This document shows positions 1 through 12,620 of a DNA stretch of 64,000 bases, one piece after another (within the stretch, counting starts at the first letter, position 1; each line of letters starts with the position of its first letter). A program made the translations under genes and the position numbers. Origin of the DNA: Mobula hypostoma (taxonomy: Eukaryota); the NCBI RefSeq assembly GCF_963921235.1, contig NC_086097.1, forward strand, positions 150,414,001 through 150,478,000. The letters run 5' to 3'. The notes beneath the pieces were generated by a model, which had not been told where the DNA came from, ran no database searches, and saw only the letters and a list, made by a program, of their open reading frames with translations.

Positions 1-3000
1 AGAGAGTTTTAACCACCCAGACTCGGTGCAGCATTGCGGACTCATGATACGGCCGGTAAGTCAGAGGGTCACCATGGCTTCCGGGTCGCATACAACAGAC
101 ATCTGGGGGGGTTGTGTAGCGACACTAGTGGTGCAGGGCACAGAATATCGAGACTTTACGTTACTGGTCATGCCTCAACTGTGTGCCCCTGTGCTATTGG
201 GGCTCAACTTCCAGAGCCACCTGAAAAGCGTGACAATGAGGTATGATGGGCCCCTCTCACCAATCACTGTCGTAAATCCCCAGTTTTGTAGGGATACGTC
301 ACATACCCTGTGTGACGAAAGAGGGTTACAAAAAGTACACATAGATTAAGATGTTAACCGTCCTGTGCTGGCACCAGTGGGATCAACAGTTGATCTGCCA
401 CCTGTCTTCAGGAGAAAGAGAGATAAGGAAGACAATGGAGCAGCATTTGGAAATGTTAATGAAGAGACGAGAGTTTAACGGAAGGAGACACCGGTCTGAG
501 AACTGTCAAGATCGGCTCCTGTTTGAACCCTGAACTGTTTGAAGTGTGATGGACAGGTGATACCCCAGCAGGGGGATAAAAAGGGACAGGTTCGCTAAGG
601 CAGGACACACACGACACCACGAGGTAACGAGACCCTGGAAGCTGTGCGTCTCCCACAAGTCGGTGGGAGTTTTTGAAGGGCTGGTCGCGGGACTGAGCCA
701 TAGACGCACAGGGTGGAAAGGTACGATCGGAGGGAACCTGGTGTGTGTCGGCCCTTGCCTGGGTGCCAGGTTCACTGCAGGGAAACAATCGTATCTGGAA
801 ACGGAGGGGTCACAGTTGGTGACCTCAGATGACATCACAAAGGGCTCGCCCGAAAGCTGACTGCGAGGAATATCGAAGGTCTGTGTGGAAGCCGTTTTGA
901 ATATTCATTTGCTTTCGCCCTCTCTCTCCTTCCCCCCTCTCTCCCACGGCACGGCAGTGATAACTGTGAACTGAACTGAACTCAATTGAACTGAACTTTG
1001 CGTCACTTTGAAACTGGTCATTTACCCCTAGACGACGATAGAGCTTGATTGATCCTATTATCCTAGTTCTGTGGACATGTGTGCTTATCATTGCTGAACC
1101 GTTGCATTTATTATTCTTTCGATTAGAGTACTGTGTTGCTTATTTCTTTAATAAAACTTCCTTAGTTCCAGTAATCCAGACTCCAACTGAGTGATCCACT
1201 TCTGCTGGTTTGGCAACCCAGTTACGGGGTACATTACACCCGCTACTGACCACACACACACACCGATCCGCACATCCCACCCAACACCATGCCAACAGCC
1301 ACACTACGGACCCCACTTGTGGCCTCTCCACCCTCAAGATCCCTCCCTCACTGCTGTTCGCCAACCTGACCTCCGACTGTAAACCTGTTGCAGCTAAAAG
1401 CAGGAGGTACAGCGCGGGGGACAGAGCTTTCATTAAGTCGGAGGTGCAGCGGCTGCTCAGGGAGGGGGTCATTGAGACAAGCACAAGTCCTTGGAGGGTG
1501 CAGGTGGTCGTTGTTCGGAACAGGGAGAAGAATAGGATGGTCGTGGACTATAGCCAGACCATCAATAGGTTCACGCAGCTCGACGCGTACCCTCTACCCC
1601 GCATCGCGGATATGGTCAATCAGATAGCACAGTACAAGGTGTACTCAACCATAGACCTAAAATCCGCTTACCATCAGCTCCCCATCTGCCGGGAGGACTG
1701 CCCTTACACTGCCTTCGAGGCGGACGGCAGGCTTTATCAATTCCTGCGCGTCCTCTTTGGTGTCACGAATGGTGTTTCTGTCTTCCAGAGGGCAATGGAC
1801 CGGATGGTGGACCAGTGCTAACTGAAAGCCACGTTCCCATACCTGGATAACATCACCATCTGCGGTCATGACCAGCAGGATCACGACAACAACCTCCAAA
1901 GATTTCTTCAAGCGGCCAAAGCTTTCAATCTTACCTATAACGAGGACAAATGTGTGTTCGGGACCACCCGACTTGCTATACTTGGGTGTGTCGTGGAGAA
2001 TGGAGTCATTGGCCCTGACCCCGACCGTATGCTCCCCCTGTTGGAACTCCCTCTTCCCAACACCTTCAGAGCCCTCTAAAGGTGCCTGGGCTTCTTTTCA
2101 TATTACACCCAATGGGTCTCTAACAATGCAGACAAGGCCCGCCCCCTGGTCAAGTCCACCACATTCCCCCTCTCTGCCGAGGCCCACGCGGCCTTCAACT
2201 GCATTAAAGGGGACATTGCCAAAGCAGCAATGCATGCGGTGGACGAGGCCATTTCCTTCCAAGTAGAGAGTGACGCCTCCGACTTTGCGCTGGCCGCTAC
2301 CCTCAACCAGGCGGGAAGACCGGTGGCGTTCTTCTCCCGTACCCTTCAAGGCCCTGAAATTCGGCACTCCGCTGTGGAGAAAGAGGCCCAGGCCATAGTG
2401 GAAGCTATTAGGCACTGGAGGCACTATCTCGTCGGCAAAAGGTTCACCCTGCTAACTGACCAGCGCTCAGTCGCATTCATGTTTAATAATCAGCAGCGGG
2501 GCAAAATCAAAAATGATAAAATTCTGAGGTGGAGAATCGAACTCTCCACTTACAACTATGACATCCTGTACAGGCCTGGGAAGCTCAACGAGCCTTCTGA
2601 TGCCCTATCCTGGGGAACGTACACCAGCACGCAGATCGACCGGCTATATGCCCTACATGCAGATCTTTGCCACCCAGGGGTCACCCGGCTTTTCCACTTC
2701 GTAAAAGCCCGGAACCTGCCTTACTCCCTTGAGGAGATCAGGATGATGACCAGGGACTGCCAAGTCTGCGCAGAGTGCAAACCGCACTTCTACCGACCCG
2801 AAAAGGCACCACTCATCAAGGCCACCCGCCCCTTTGAGCGACTGAGTGTCGACTTTAAGGGCCCCCTTCCCTCCACCAACTGCAATGTGTACTTTCTTAA
2901 CGTAATTGATGAGTACTCGCGGTTCCCCTTCGCCATCCCCTGCCCCGACACCACTACCGCGTCAGTTATAAAAGCCCTGTGCAAGCTCTTCACTCTGTTC

Positions 3001-3851
3001 AGATACCCATGCTATATCCACAGTGATAGAGGGTCCTCGTTTATGAGTGACGAGCTGTGCCAATACCTGCTGGCTAGAGGAATTGCAACTAGTAGGACCA
3101 CGAGCTATAATCCCGGGGGAATGAACAGGTAGAGAAGGAGAATGGCACAGTGTGGAAAGCCACACTCTTAGCCCTCAGGTCAAAGGGACTGCCGGTCTCC
3201 CGCTGGCAGGAGGTCCTTCCCGAGGCACTCCACTCCATCCGCTCCCTGTTATGCACAGTCACCAATGCCACCCCTCATGAGCGGCTCTTTTCTTTTCCCA
3301 GAAAGTCGACCACTGGGACCTCCCTACCATCTTGGCTGACGTCCCCGGGGCCAGTGCTGCTCCGGAGACACGCGAGGAGCAATAAATACTCCCCGATGGT
3401 CGAGAGGGTTCACTTACTTCATGCGAACCCCCAGTATGCCTACGTGGTTTTACCTGATGGGCGGGAGGACACGGTCTCCATCCGTGACCTGGCGCCTGCA
3501 GGAGCACCGGGCCCCTACCCTGAACACTCCGTGGTGACTATTGACCTCGTACCCACCAATGTATGTACCTACGAGACACCGCGCACTCCAAGCCCTACAC
3601 AGACATCACATGACACTTCCATACCGGGTGTGACGCACACGCACACGGGATTACCGACGCCTAACGTGCTGGCACCTGAAGTCAGGCCGGAGCCAGCACA
3701 ACCGCCGTCGCCGGTGCAATCACTACCGGTGCTACGTAGGTCACAGCGACAGACTCGACCGCCTGATAGACTTAACCTGTAAATATACTTCTTGTAAATA
3801 TTGTCAGTCACTTCATCCCTCGGGACTCTTTTTAAAAAAAGGAGGGGTGAA
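1..3851 (+). mobile_element. Ty3/Gypsy LTR retrotransposon internal region (pol: protease-RT-RNase H-integrase), decayed, 5' part outside window
   Basis: Protease tail (VLLGLNF) 26-310; RT motifs SPW, YPLPRI, DLKSAYHQ, FGVTNG, YLDN; RNase H DAS/VEKEA/TDQ; integrase HHCC (LHADLCHPG..CQVC), SVDFKGP, HSDRG. In-frame TAA at 1819 and 2077, 1-nt frameshift near 3115, stop 3780-3782; purine tract ~3834-3851. Confidence 0.95.
311..1238 (+). mobile_element. Solo LTR (928 bp) inserted in Gypsy pol
   Basis: TGTGAC...ATTACA termini; 4-bp TSD CCTG (307-310) / CCCG (1239-1242), one CpG-type mismatch; AATAAA ~1150; removal restores the pol frame. Confidence 0.9.
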
Positions 3852-3995
3852 TGTGGTAAACCATGTATATATGTTGTAACTGGGTTACCTGTCTGGACAC
3901 ACCCCTCTGCTGACTGCCCCTGTGGCTCCTCCCACAAACCCCTGAATAAAGGTGATTTTGCCTTGCCCCTCCCCCTCAGTCCGGGGGCAGATACT
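3852..3995 (+). mobile_element. Truncated 3' LTR of the Gypsy element
   Basis: Starts TGTGG immediately after the purine tract AAAAAAAGGAGGGGTGAA; AATAAA ~3945; no terminal CA identified before a Rex1 fragment begins. Confidence 0.7.
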
Positions 3996-4020
3996 TTAAG
4001 TTCCTCGGTGTTATTATTTT

Positions 4021-4727
4021 AAAGGACCTGTCCTGGACCCAGGACGCAAGTGCTACTACGAAGAAAGCACAACAGTGCCTCTAATTCCTTAGAAGTTTGC
4101 AAAGATTCAGCATGACATCTAAAACTTTGATGAACTTCTATAGATGTGTGTTTCTATTGACTGCCTGCATCACAGCGTAGTATGGAAACACCAATGCCCT
4201 TGAATAGAAAATCCTACAAAAAATAATTGATACAGCTCAGTCCATTACGGGTATAGCCTTCCTCACACTGAGTACATCTACAAATTGTGTTGTCACAGGA
4301 AAGCAGCATCTATCATAACGGACCCCTCCCACCCACGTCTCTCTTCTCGCTGCTGCCATCAGGAAGAGGGTACATGAGTCTCGGGCCTCACACGACCAGG
4401 TTCGGGAATAGTTATTACCCCTCAACTATCAGACTTTTGTACCAGAAAGGATAACTTCATGCTCCATCACTGAAATGTTCCCACAACCTATGAACTCACT
4501 TTTAAGGACGCTTCAGCTCATGTTCTCAATATTTACTGCTTATTTATTTTTATTTATTTTATTTGCACAGGTTATTGTCTTTTGCACTTTTGTCCTATTG
4601 AGTGTGGTCTTTCATTTGTTCTGTTGTGTTTCTTGGATTTACTGTGGATGCCACAAGGAAATGAGTCTCAGGGTTGTATATGGTGACATATATGTACTTT
4701 GATAATAAATTTATTTTGAACTTTGAA
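4021..4727 (+). mobile_element. Rex1/Babar-type LINE 3' fragment
   Basis: Degenerate C-terminal coding similar to other Rex1 copies here; 3' end ATAATAAAT...GAACTTTGAAC; resembles 62085-62990. Confidence 0.75.
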
Positions 4728-6029
4728 CAAATTTACACTGAGGAAATGATGTAATGGAATTAATAACCAAGTGATAATCAATCTTTTCTATAATGATAAT
4801 AAGCTTTGGTCTGCAAAAAGTGAAACTGATTTTATTTTTGACAAGTGAACCACAGGAAATAGCTATTCTAAGTACAGCTATAACAATTCTCATAAACAGA
4901 TGTCATTCTGGTAGCTTTTCTGCTGTAAACTTTTTCATGTGCCTGTTTTCCAGTTCTCATTTCACTGAAGTGTTTGCTAGAAAGAACATGATGGCATTAT
5001 CAGCAAAGCTCACTGGTTGTCGCCCATCCATCAGTGTGCCTGTGAGGTAATGGACAGTGAGCGGATTTAATGCAATTTATTAGTTGTGCTTTCGGATAGT
5101 GGCGTTGAGAAGAGAGTTCTTGGATTTTGACCCAATGGCTATGAAATAAGAATGATCAGTTTCCAGCTCAAGATGATTTGGATTGAACTTGGAATTTCTG
5201 GGTCCCTGACACTCATACCCTTATTAATAGCAGAAGCTGCAGGATTGGAAGATGATAAACAAGAAAATTTAGCAAGGTACTATGACACATGTTACACTCT
5301 GCAGCCATTTCGCTACCACTGCATAAAGTGCGAATGGAATTACCGCTTAGCAATTTATGTCTGGGTTTTAACCAGATCTTGGACAAATTATGATGACACA
5401 ATCTGGAGAGCTGTGATTGAATTGAAGCACTATGTAGTCAGTAGTCAGCGAATCCCACTTATAATGGAGAGAGTCTTGTAGCAATAGCCTGGATCAAAGT
5501 GAATAACATCCAATGATCACAGCCATTGTTCTTTATCTGACTATGTTATAGAGTCATTGAGCATAGAAACAGTCCTTTGAGTCCACAAAGCACACACTTA
5601 CACTGATCTCATTTTATTTTCCACTCAGTCCTTTCAAATCCTCCCAGATTCTGGTACTTGACTACACAGTAGGGATAATTTATAGTGGACAATTAATCTA
5701 AAAATCTATAAATCTTTGAGATTTTGGAGGAGATTGATGCCCCTGTGCCTCCGCAGTGGAGAATTGTCATTCTGGTTTTAACTGACTTTACCCTTCATGA
5801 TTTCACACATGGCTAAATTCTCCTTTGATGTCAAGGGAAAACCCTCTCAATTTGCTTCTAGAATTGAACTGTTTTGTTCAAGTTCAGAAAAAAAATGTTT
5901 ATGTACTGGGCAGCAACTTCTCAGCTCTTCGTCAATAGCATTTCCAAGTTGCAGCCATCGAGTAAATTCACAATCGCAAACCCATATAAACACAACCATT
6001 AAAAGCACTTAGCCAGGTAGGACTTCATC

Positions 6030-6215
6030 TAATTTGTGGAATTTGTTGCCTTAGGCAGCCGTGGAGGCCAAGTTGTTGAGTATATTTAAGGGTAAATTCC
6101 TGATTAGTCAAGGCATGAAGAGTTGTTGCAGGTTGACAGGAGTAGGCAGTTTAAATGGTTCAGCACGGACTAGATGGGCTGAAGGACCTGTTTCTGTGCT
6201 TTTTTTTATGACTCT
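6030..6215 (+). mobile_element. CR1-type LINE 3' end fragment
   Basis: TGTGGAAT..TTGCC and GGGCTGAAGGACCTGTTTCTGTGCT 3' motif shared with other CR1 tails in the window. Confidence 0.6.
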
Positions 6216-9200
6216 GCAGCCATCAATTTCATCAAGCAAATCATTGACATAGAAACATAGAAAACATACAGCACAATACAGGCCCTTCGGCCCACAAAGC
6301 TGTGCTGAACATGTCCCTACCGTATAACTACTTAGGCTTTACCCATAGCTCTCTATTTTTCTAAGCACCATGTAGCCATCCAGGAGTCTCTTAAAAGACC
6401 CTATCGTTTCTGCCTCCACCACCGCCGCCGGCAACCCATTCCATGCACTCACCACTCTCTGCATAAAAAACTTACCCCTGTTATCTCCTCTGTACCAACT
6501 TCCAAGCACCTTAAAACTATGCCAGCTCGTGTTAGCCAATTCAGCCCTGGGTAAAAGCCTCTGACTATCCACACGATCAATGCCTCTCATCATCTTATAC
6601 ACATCTATCAAGTCACCTCTCATCCTCCGTCGCTCCAAGGAGAAAAGGCCGAATTCACTCAACCTATTCTTATAAGGCATGCTTCCCAATCCAGGCAGCA
6701 TCCTTGTAAATCTCCTCTGCATCCTTTCTATGGTCTCCACATCCTTCCTATAGTGAGGCAACCAGAATTGAGCATAGTACACCAAATGGGGTCTGACCAG
6801 GGTCCTATATAGCTGTAACATTACCTCTCGGCTCTTAAACTCAATCCCACGATTGATGAAGGCCAATACACTGTATGCCTTCTTAACCACAGAGTCAACC
6901 TGCGTAGCAGCTTTTAGTGTTCAATGGACTCAGACCCCAAGATCCCTCTGATCCTCTACACTGTCAAGAGTCTTACCATTAATACTACATTCTGCCATCA
7001 TATTTGACCCACCAAAATGAACCACCTCACACATATCTGGGTTGAACACCATCTGCCACTTCTCAGCCCAGTTTTGCATCCTATCAATGTCCCGTTGTAA
7101 CCTCTGACAGCCCTCCACACTATCCACAACACACCCAACCTTTGTGTCATCAGCAAATTTACTAACCCATCCCTCCACTTCCTCATCCAGGTCATTTATA
7201 AAAATCACAAAGCATAGGGGTCCCAGAACAGATCCCTGAGGCACACCATTGGTCACCGGCCTCCATGCGGAATATGACCCATCTACAACCACTCTTTGCC
7301 TCCTGTGGGCAAGCCAGTTCTGGATCCACAAAACAATGGTCCCTTGGATCCCATGCCTCCTTACTTTCTCAAGAAGCCTTGCATGGGGTACCTTATCAAA
7401 TGCCTTGCTAAAATCCATATACACTACATCTACGGCTCTACCTTCATCAATGTGCTTAGTCACATCCTCAAAGAATTCAATCAGGCTCATAAGGCATGAC
7501 CTGCCTTTGACAAAGCCATGCTGACTATTCCTAATCATATTATGCCTCTCGAAATGTTCATAAATTCTGCCTCTCAGGATCTTCTCCATCAACTTACCAA
7601 CGACTGAAGTAAGACTCACTGGCCTATAATTTCCTGGGTTATCTCTACTTCCTTTCTTGAATAAGGAAACAACATCCACAACCCTCCAATCCTCCAGAAC
7701 CTCTCCAATCCTCATTGATGATGCAAAGATCATTTCCATGGGCTCAGCAATCTCCTCCCTTGCTTCCCACAGTAGCCTGGGGTACATCCCATCCGGTCCC
7801 AGTGACTTATCCAATTTAATGCTTTCCAAAAGCTCCAGCACATCCTCTTTCTTAATATCTACATTCTCAAGCTTTTCAGGCCACTGCAAGTCACCCCTAC
7901 AATCTCCAAGATCCTTTTCTATAGTGAATGCTGAAGCAAAGTATTCATTAGGTACCTCCACTATTTCCTCCAGTTCCATACATACTTTTCCATTGTCACA
8001 CTTGATTGGTCCTATTCTCTCACGTCTTGCTCTTCACATTCTTGTAGAATGCCTTGGGGTTTTCCTTAATCCTGTCCGCCAAGGCCTGCTCATGGCCCCT
8101 TCTGGCTCTCCTAATTTCCTTCCTAAGCTCCTTCCTGCAAGCCTTATAATCTTCTAGATTCCTATCATTACCTAGTTTTTTGAACCTTTCGTAAGCTCTT
8201 CTTTTCTTCTTGACTAGAATTACAACAGCCTTTGTGCACCATGGATCTTGTACCCTACCATCCTTTCCATGTCTCATTGGAACATACCTAATCAGAACCC
8301 CACACATATCCCCTGAACATATGCCACATTTCTTTGGTACGTTTTCCTGAGAACATCTGTTTCTAATTTATGCTTCCAAGTTCCTGTCTGATAGCCTCAT
8401 ATTTCCCCTTACTCCAATTAAACATTTCCCTAACTTGTTTGCTCCTATCTCTCTCCAATGCTATGGTAAAAGAGATAGAATTGTGATCACTATCTCCAAA
8501 ATGCTCTCCCACTGAGAGACCTGTCACCTGACCAGGTTCATTACCCAATACCAAATCAAGCACAGTCTCTCCTCTTGTAGGCTTATCTAATCACTCTGTC
8601 AAGAAACCTTCCTGAACACACTTAATAAACTCCACTCCATCTAAACCCCTCGCTCCAGGGACTTGCCAACCAATATTTGGGAAATTAAAATCTCCCGCCA
8701 TGACAACCCTGTTATTATTACACCTTTCCACAATCTGTCTCCCTATCTGCTACTCGATGTCCCTGTTACTACCGGGTGATCTATAAAAAACACCCAGTAG
8801 AGTTATTGACCCCTTCCTGTTCCTAACTTCCACCCACAGAGACTCTATAGACAATCCCTCCATGTTTTCCTACTTTCTGCAGCCGTGACACTATCTCTGA
8901 TCAACAGTGCCATACCCCCACCTCTTTTGCCTCCCTCCCTGTCCTTTCTGAAACATCTAAATCTTGGCACTCTAAGTAACTATTCCTGCCCCTGAGCCAT
9001 CCAAGTCTCTGTTATGGCCACAACATCATAGCTCCAAGTACTGAGCCACGCTCTAAGCTCATCTGGTTTGTTCAAAATAGGCCTTGCATTAAAATAGACA
9101 CATCTCAAACCATCAGTCTGAGAGCGTCCCTTCTCTATCACCTGCCTATCCTCTCTCTCACACTGCCTACAAGCTTTCTCTCTCTGTGAGCCAACCATCT

Positions 9201-9573
9201 CTTCCTCCATTTCTTCAGTTCGGTTCCCACCCCCCAGGAATTCTAGTTTAAACTCTCCCCAACAGCCTTAGCAAACCTTCCCGCCAGGATATTGGTCCCC
9301 CTGGGATTCAAGTGTAACCTGTCCTTTTTGTACAGGTCACTCCTGCCCCAAAAGAGGTCCCAGTGATCCAGAAATCTGAATCCCTGCCCCCTGCTCCAAT
9401 CCCTCAGCCACGCATTTATCCTCCACCTCACTCTATTCCTATACTCACTGTTACATGGCACAGGCAGTAATCTCGAGACTATTACCTTTGTGGTCCTGCT
9501 TCTCAACTTCCTTCCTAACTCCCTGTAGCTGCTTTCAGGACCTCCTCCCTTTTCCTGCCTATGTCGTTGGTAC

Positions 9574-10914
9574 TGTGATGGGATCCTGAATTACCCCTAT
9601 GAACTGTTGTTTTGAAAAGAGAGAGAGAAAGTTATTTAACACCAACAACTTGTTTTTAAAAGAGTGAGAGAGATGAAGACTAACTGTGGGACTGTCACTT
9701 TAAGGAACGAGAAAGAACTGATTAACTATTGGAGTTCTCCTGGAGTTGGAGACAGCACCGAGCAGCTAGTAAATTGCTATGGTGACAGAAGGCAGTGTTG
9801 TTTAATGGACACTTGATGTTATGATTTTCGGCAAGTTGTTGACATTTTCTTCAAGGCTTTTTGCCTGCTTGCATTTCTTACACAGACAAAGGAAGGAGGG
9901 ATTATTTGAATGACAGGTGGTACCCAGTACAATGAGATAAAATAGGACATCAGATGATACAGACCTCAGACACATGTTTGGACACTGAATGAGCATTGAT
10001 GTGCCCAGAGGAAAAGTGGGTTTTGGAGGATTGATCAGGCGGATCGATCCATCGCTCTTGCAGTGGAAAGGAGGAAAAGGGTTGACTGGTGGGGAGTTGT
10101 CCATGTGTCCACCCTCACCTGGGGGATAGCTCCACCACAGAAAATTGGACCCCTTTGTTAAAGTCACAGTTGATGACTTTTAAAGGAGTTCGAAGGACAA
10201 CGAGAAGAACGATGGCGTCAGCTCACCTGAAGACTCAAATCTCTCCCTCTCTCTCTCTCTCCATCACTACTCAACTAAATACCATAAACTGAACTGAACT
10301 GAACTGAACTTTACTCATCATCGTAAGACTGTATCTTTTTACCCCTAGACTGAAGGAAGTTTGGTTTTTCATACATATATTTCCATACTTACTGATATAC
10401 TTACTTATATATATAGAAACCATAGAAACTACAGCATAGAAACAGGCCTTTTGGCCCTTCTTAGCTGTGCCGAACCATTTTCTGCCTAGTCCCACTGACC
10501 TGCACACAGACCATATCCCTCCATACACCTCCCATCCATGTATCTGTCCAATTTATTCTTAAATGTTAAGAAAAGAACCCGCATTTACCCCCTCGTCTGG
10601 CAGCTCATTCCACACTCACACCACTCACTGTGTGAAGAAGCCCCCCCTAATGTTCCCTTTAAACTTTTCCCCCTTCACCCTTAACCCACGTCCTCTGTTT
10701 TTTTCCTCCCCTTGCCTCAGTGGAAAAAGCCTGCTTGCATTCGCTCTATCTATATCCATCATAATTTAATCATTGCTAACTTGTTTGATTTATCTACATT
10801 TATGTTACTGTGTTGCATAGTTACTGATAAATATTATTAGTTAATAGCAATACTGGACTCCAAAGTGTTTTCCATCTCTGCTGGTTCTTTATTCCAATCA
10901 TGGGGTTCGTGACA
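9574..10914 (+). mobile_element. Solo LTR inserted in CR1 ORF1
   Basis: TGTGAT...GTGACA termini; exact 4-bp TSD GTAC at 9570-9573 and 10915-10918; shares (GAACT)n and TTTACCCCTAGAC with LTR 311-1238. Confidence 0.9.
10412..10767 (-). mobile_element. CR1 3' fragment nested in the solo LTR
   Basis: ATAGAAACCATAGAAA tail; nearly identical by eye to 20831-21195. Confidence 0.9.
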
Positions 10915-11169
10915 GTACCAATATGTACCAGGACCTCTGGCTGTTCTCCTTCCCACTTCACGATATTGTGGACACGATCAGAAATATCCCGGACCCTGGC
11001 ACCTGGGAGGCGAACTACCATCCATGCTTCTTTCCTGCGTCCACAGAATTGCCTGCCTGACCTCCTAACTATAGAGTCCCCTATCACTGGTCAGAGACAT
11101 GTGGTATCAGTTTGTTTTCCAGTATTTGGATGACATTCTGATCTGTTCTTGCTCTCGCCAGAAAGAGTA

Positions 11170-11230
11170 AGTCTGTTCCATAGATGCTGCCTGGCCTGCT
11201 GAGTTCCTCCAGCATTTTGTGTGTGTTGCT
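11170..11230 (+). mobile_element. Penelope-derived terminal repeat fragment
   Basis: TAGATGCTGCCTGGCCTGCTGAGTTCCTCCAGCATTTTGTGTGTGTTG, matching copies at 17.8k, 23.0k, 49.2k and 61.5k. Confidence 0.65.
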
Positions 11231-11234
11231 AAGT

Positions 11235-12350
11235 GTAGTTATCACCTTTTGTTCAAGAGCCTGATGGCTGAGGAGCAGTAGCTGTTCTTGAACCTGCTGG
11301 TGCGAGTCCTGAGGCTTCTACCTGATGGCAGCTGTGAGAAAAGAGCACCAGTTGGGTGGTGAGAATCTTTGATGATGGATGCTGCTTTTCTACAGCAATG
11401 TTTTATGTAGATGTGCACAATGGTTGGGAGGGTTTTATCCATGATATATTGGACCAAATCCATCACTTTTGGTGGGATTTTCCACTCAAAGGCATTGGCC
11501 TTCCCATACCAGGCTGTCGTGGAGCCAGTCAGTACACTTTTCAATAGGTGCATTTAAAGTCTGAGAAACGTTTACAATATACAGCCTGAAATTCTTTTTC
11601 TTCGTATACATCCACGAACACAGAGGAGTGCCCCAAAAAATGAATGAGTTAAACGTTAGAACCCCAAAGCCCCCTCCCACACACAAGCAGCAGCAAGACA
11701 GTGACGCCCCCCCCCCCACCAGCAGCAAAAAAGCATCGGCGCCCTCCACCAGGTGCTCAAACGTGCAGCAAAGCGTCAATAAAGACACAGACTTGCAGAA
11801 CCTCAAAGACTACTCATTTACCCGGCAATTCAACTTACCACAGGTTCTCTATCTCCCTCTTTCAGCGCATATCTACAGAAGTTTGCCAAGGTTTTTGATG
11901 ACATGCCAAATATCCGCAAACTCCTGAGGACGTAGAGGCGCAGCCGTGCTTCCATTGCAGTTATATTTCTATGATGGGTCCAGGACAGTTCCTCTGAGAT
12001 AGTGACACACAGGAATTTAAATTTACTGACCCTCTCCACCTCTGATCCTTTGATGAGGACTGAGTCATGGACCTGTGGTCTCCCTCTCCTGATATCTATA
12101 ATTAGTTCCTTGATCTGGCTAGCATTTAGTGTGAGGTTGCTGTTATGACACCACTCAGCCAAAATTTTCAATCTCCTTCCTTTACACTGATTCATCACCA
12201 CCTTTGATATGGCCCACAATAATGGTGTCATCATAAAACTTGTATACTGTATGGCGTTGGAGGTGTACTGAGTCACGCAGTCGTGGGCATAAAGCTGGGG
12301 GCTAGGTTGACATTCCTGTGATGCACCTGTGCTGACGGAGATTGTGGAGG
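11235..12350 (-). mobile_element. Rex1/Babar-type LINE 3' part, interrupted at ~11540-11862 by another repeat
   Basis: ORFs 11830-12276 (KELIID..FKFLCV..RLYVLRSLR) and 11242-11553 (AWYG..LPSGR..RFKNSY). Confidence 0.85.
11540..11862 (-). repeat. Unclassified interspersed repeat (retroposon 3' UTR-like); related copy at ~24408-24627 (+)
   Basis: Reverse complement resembles 24408-24627 (GGTGGAGGG..GCTGCTGCTTGTG..GGGGCTTTGGGGTTCTA..CTATTGAA); interrupts Rex1 coding. Confidence 0.55.
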
Positions 12351-12351
12351 A

Positions 12352-12620
12352 GTTAGCACAATGGTGTCACAGCTCAGGCTGTTGGAGTTGGCTGTTCAAT
12401 TCCAGTGCTGTCTGAAGGAGTTTCTATGTCCTCCCCATGACCACATGTGTTTCCCCCGGGTCCTCCGGTTTCCCACCACATTCCACAAATTGTACTGGTT
12501 CGTAGGTTAATTGGTCACCGTAAATTGTCCTGTGATTCGGCTAGGGTTAAATAGGTAGGTTGTTGGGTGGTGTAGTTCACTGGGCTGGAAGGGCCCATTC
12601 CGTGCTGTATCTCATTAAAA
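12352..12620 (+). mobile_element. tRNA-derived SINE (V-SINE/HE1-like)
   Basis: B-box-like GTTCAATTCC, central GGGTCCTCCGGTTTCCCACCACATTCCA..GGTTAATTGGT domain, CR1-like 3' end. Confidence 0.75.

Larger units (their letters stand above)
6247..11089 (-). mobile_element. CR1 (HER1-like) LINE: part of ORF1 esterase domain plus complete but disrupted ORF2; interrupted by a solo LTR
   Basis: (CATAGAAA)n tail at ~6247; RT motifs NYRPVSLTS, DFSKAFD, QGSVLGP, KFADD (6930-7979); APE motifs ITETW, GDSDH (8363-9210); SGNH-type GDS, HIGT, LHLN (10821-11087, 9243-9506). Confidence 0.95.

Noticed and set aside
968..999. (GAACT)n arrays and the 19531-19634 repeat as CRISPR-like arrays
   Set aside because: No unique spacers, no cas genes, and the context is eukaryotic LTR or tandem repeat.
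351..1484. Short ORFs inside the solo LTR as accessory genes
   Set aside because: No recognisable domains; overlapping frames on both strands are expected by chance in GC-rich LTR sequence.
12352..12430. tRNA gene
   Set aside because: Only a degenerate B box, no cloverleaf; it is the head of a SINE.
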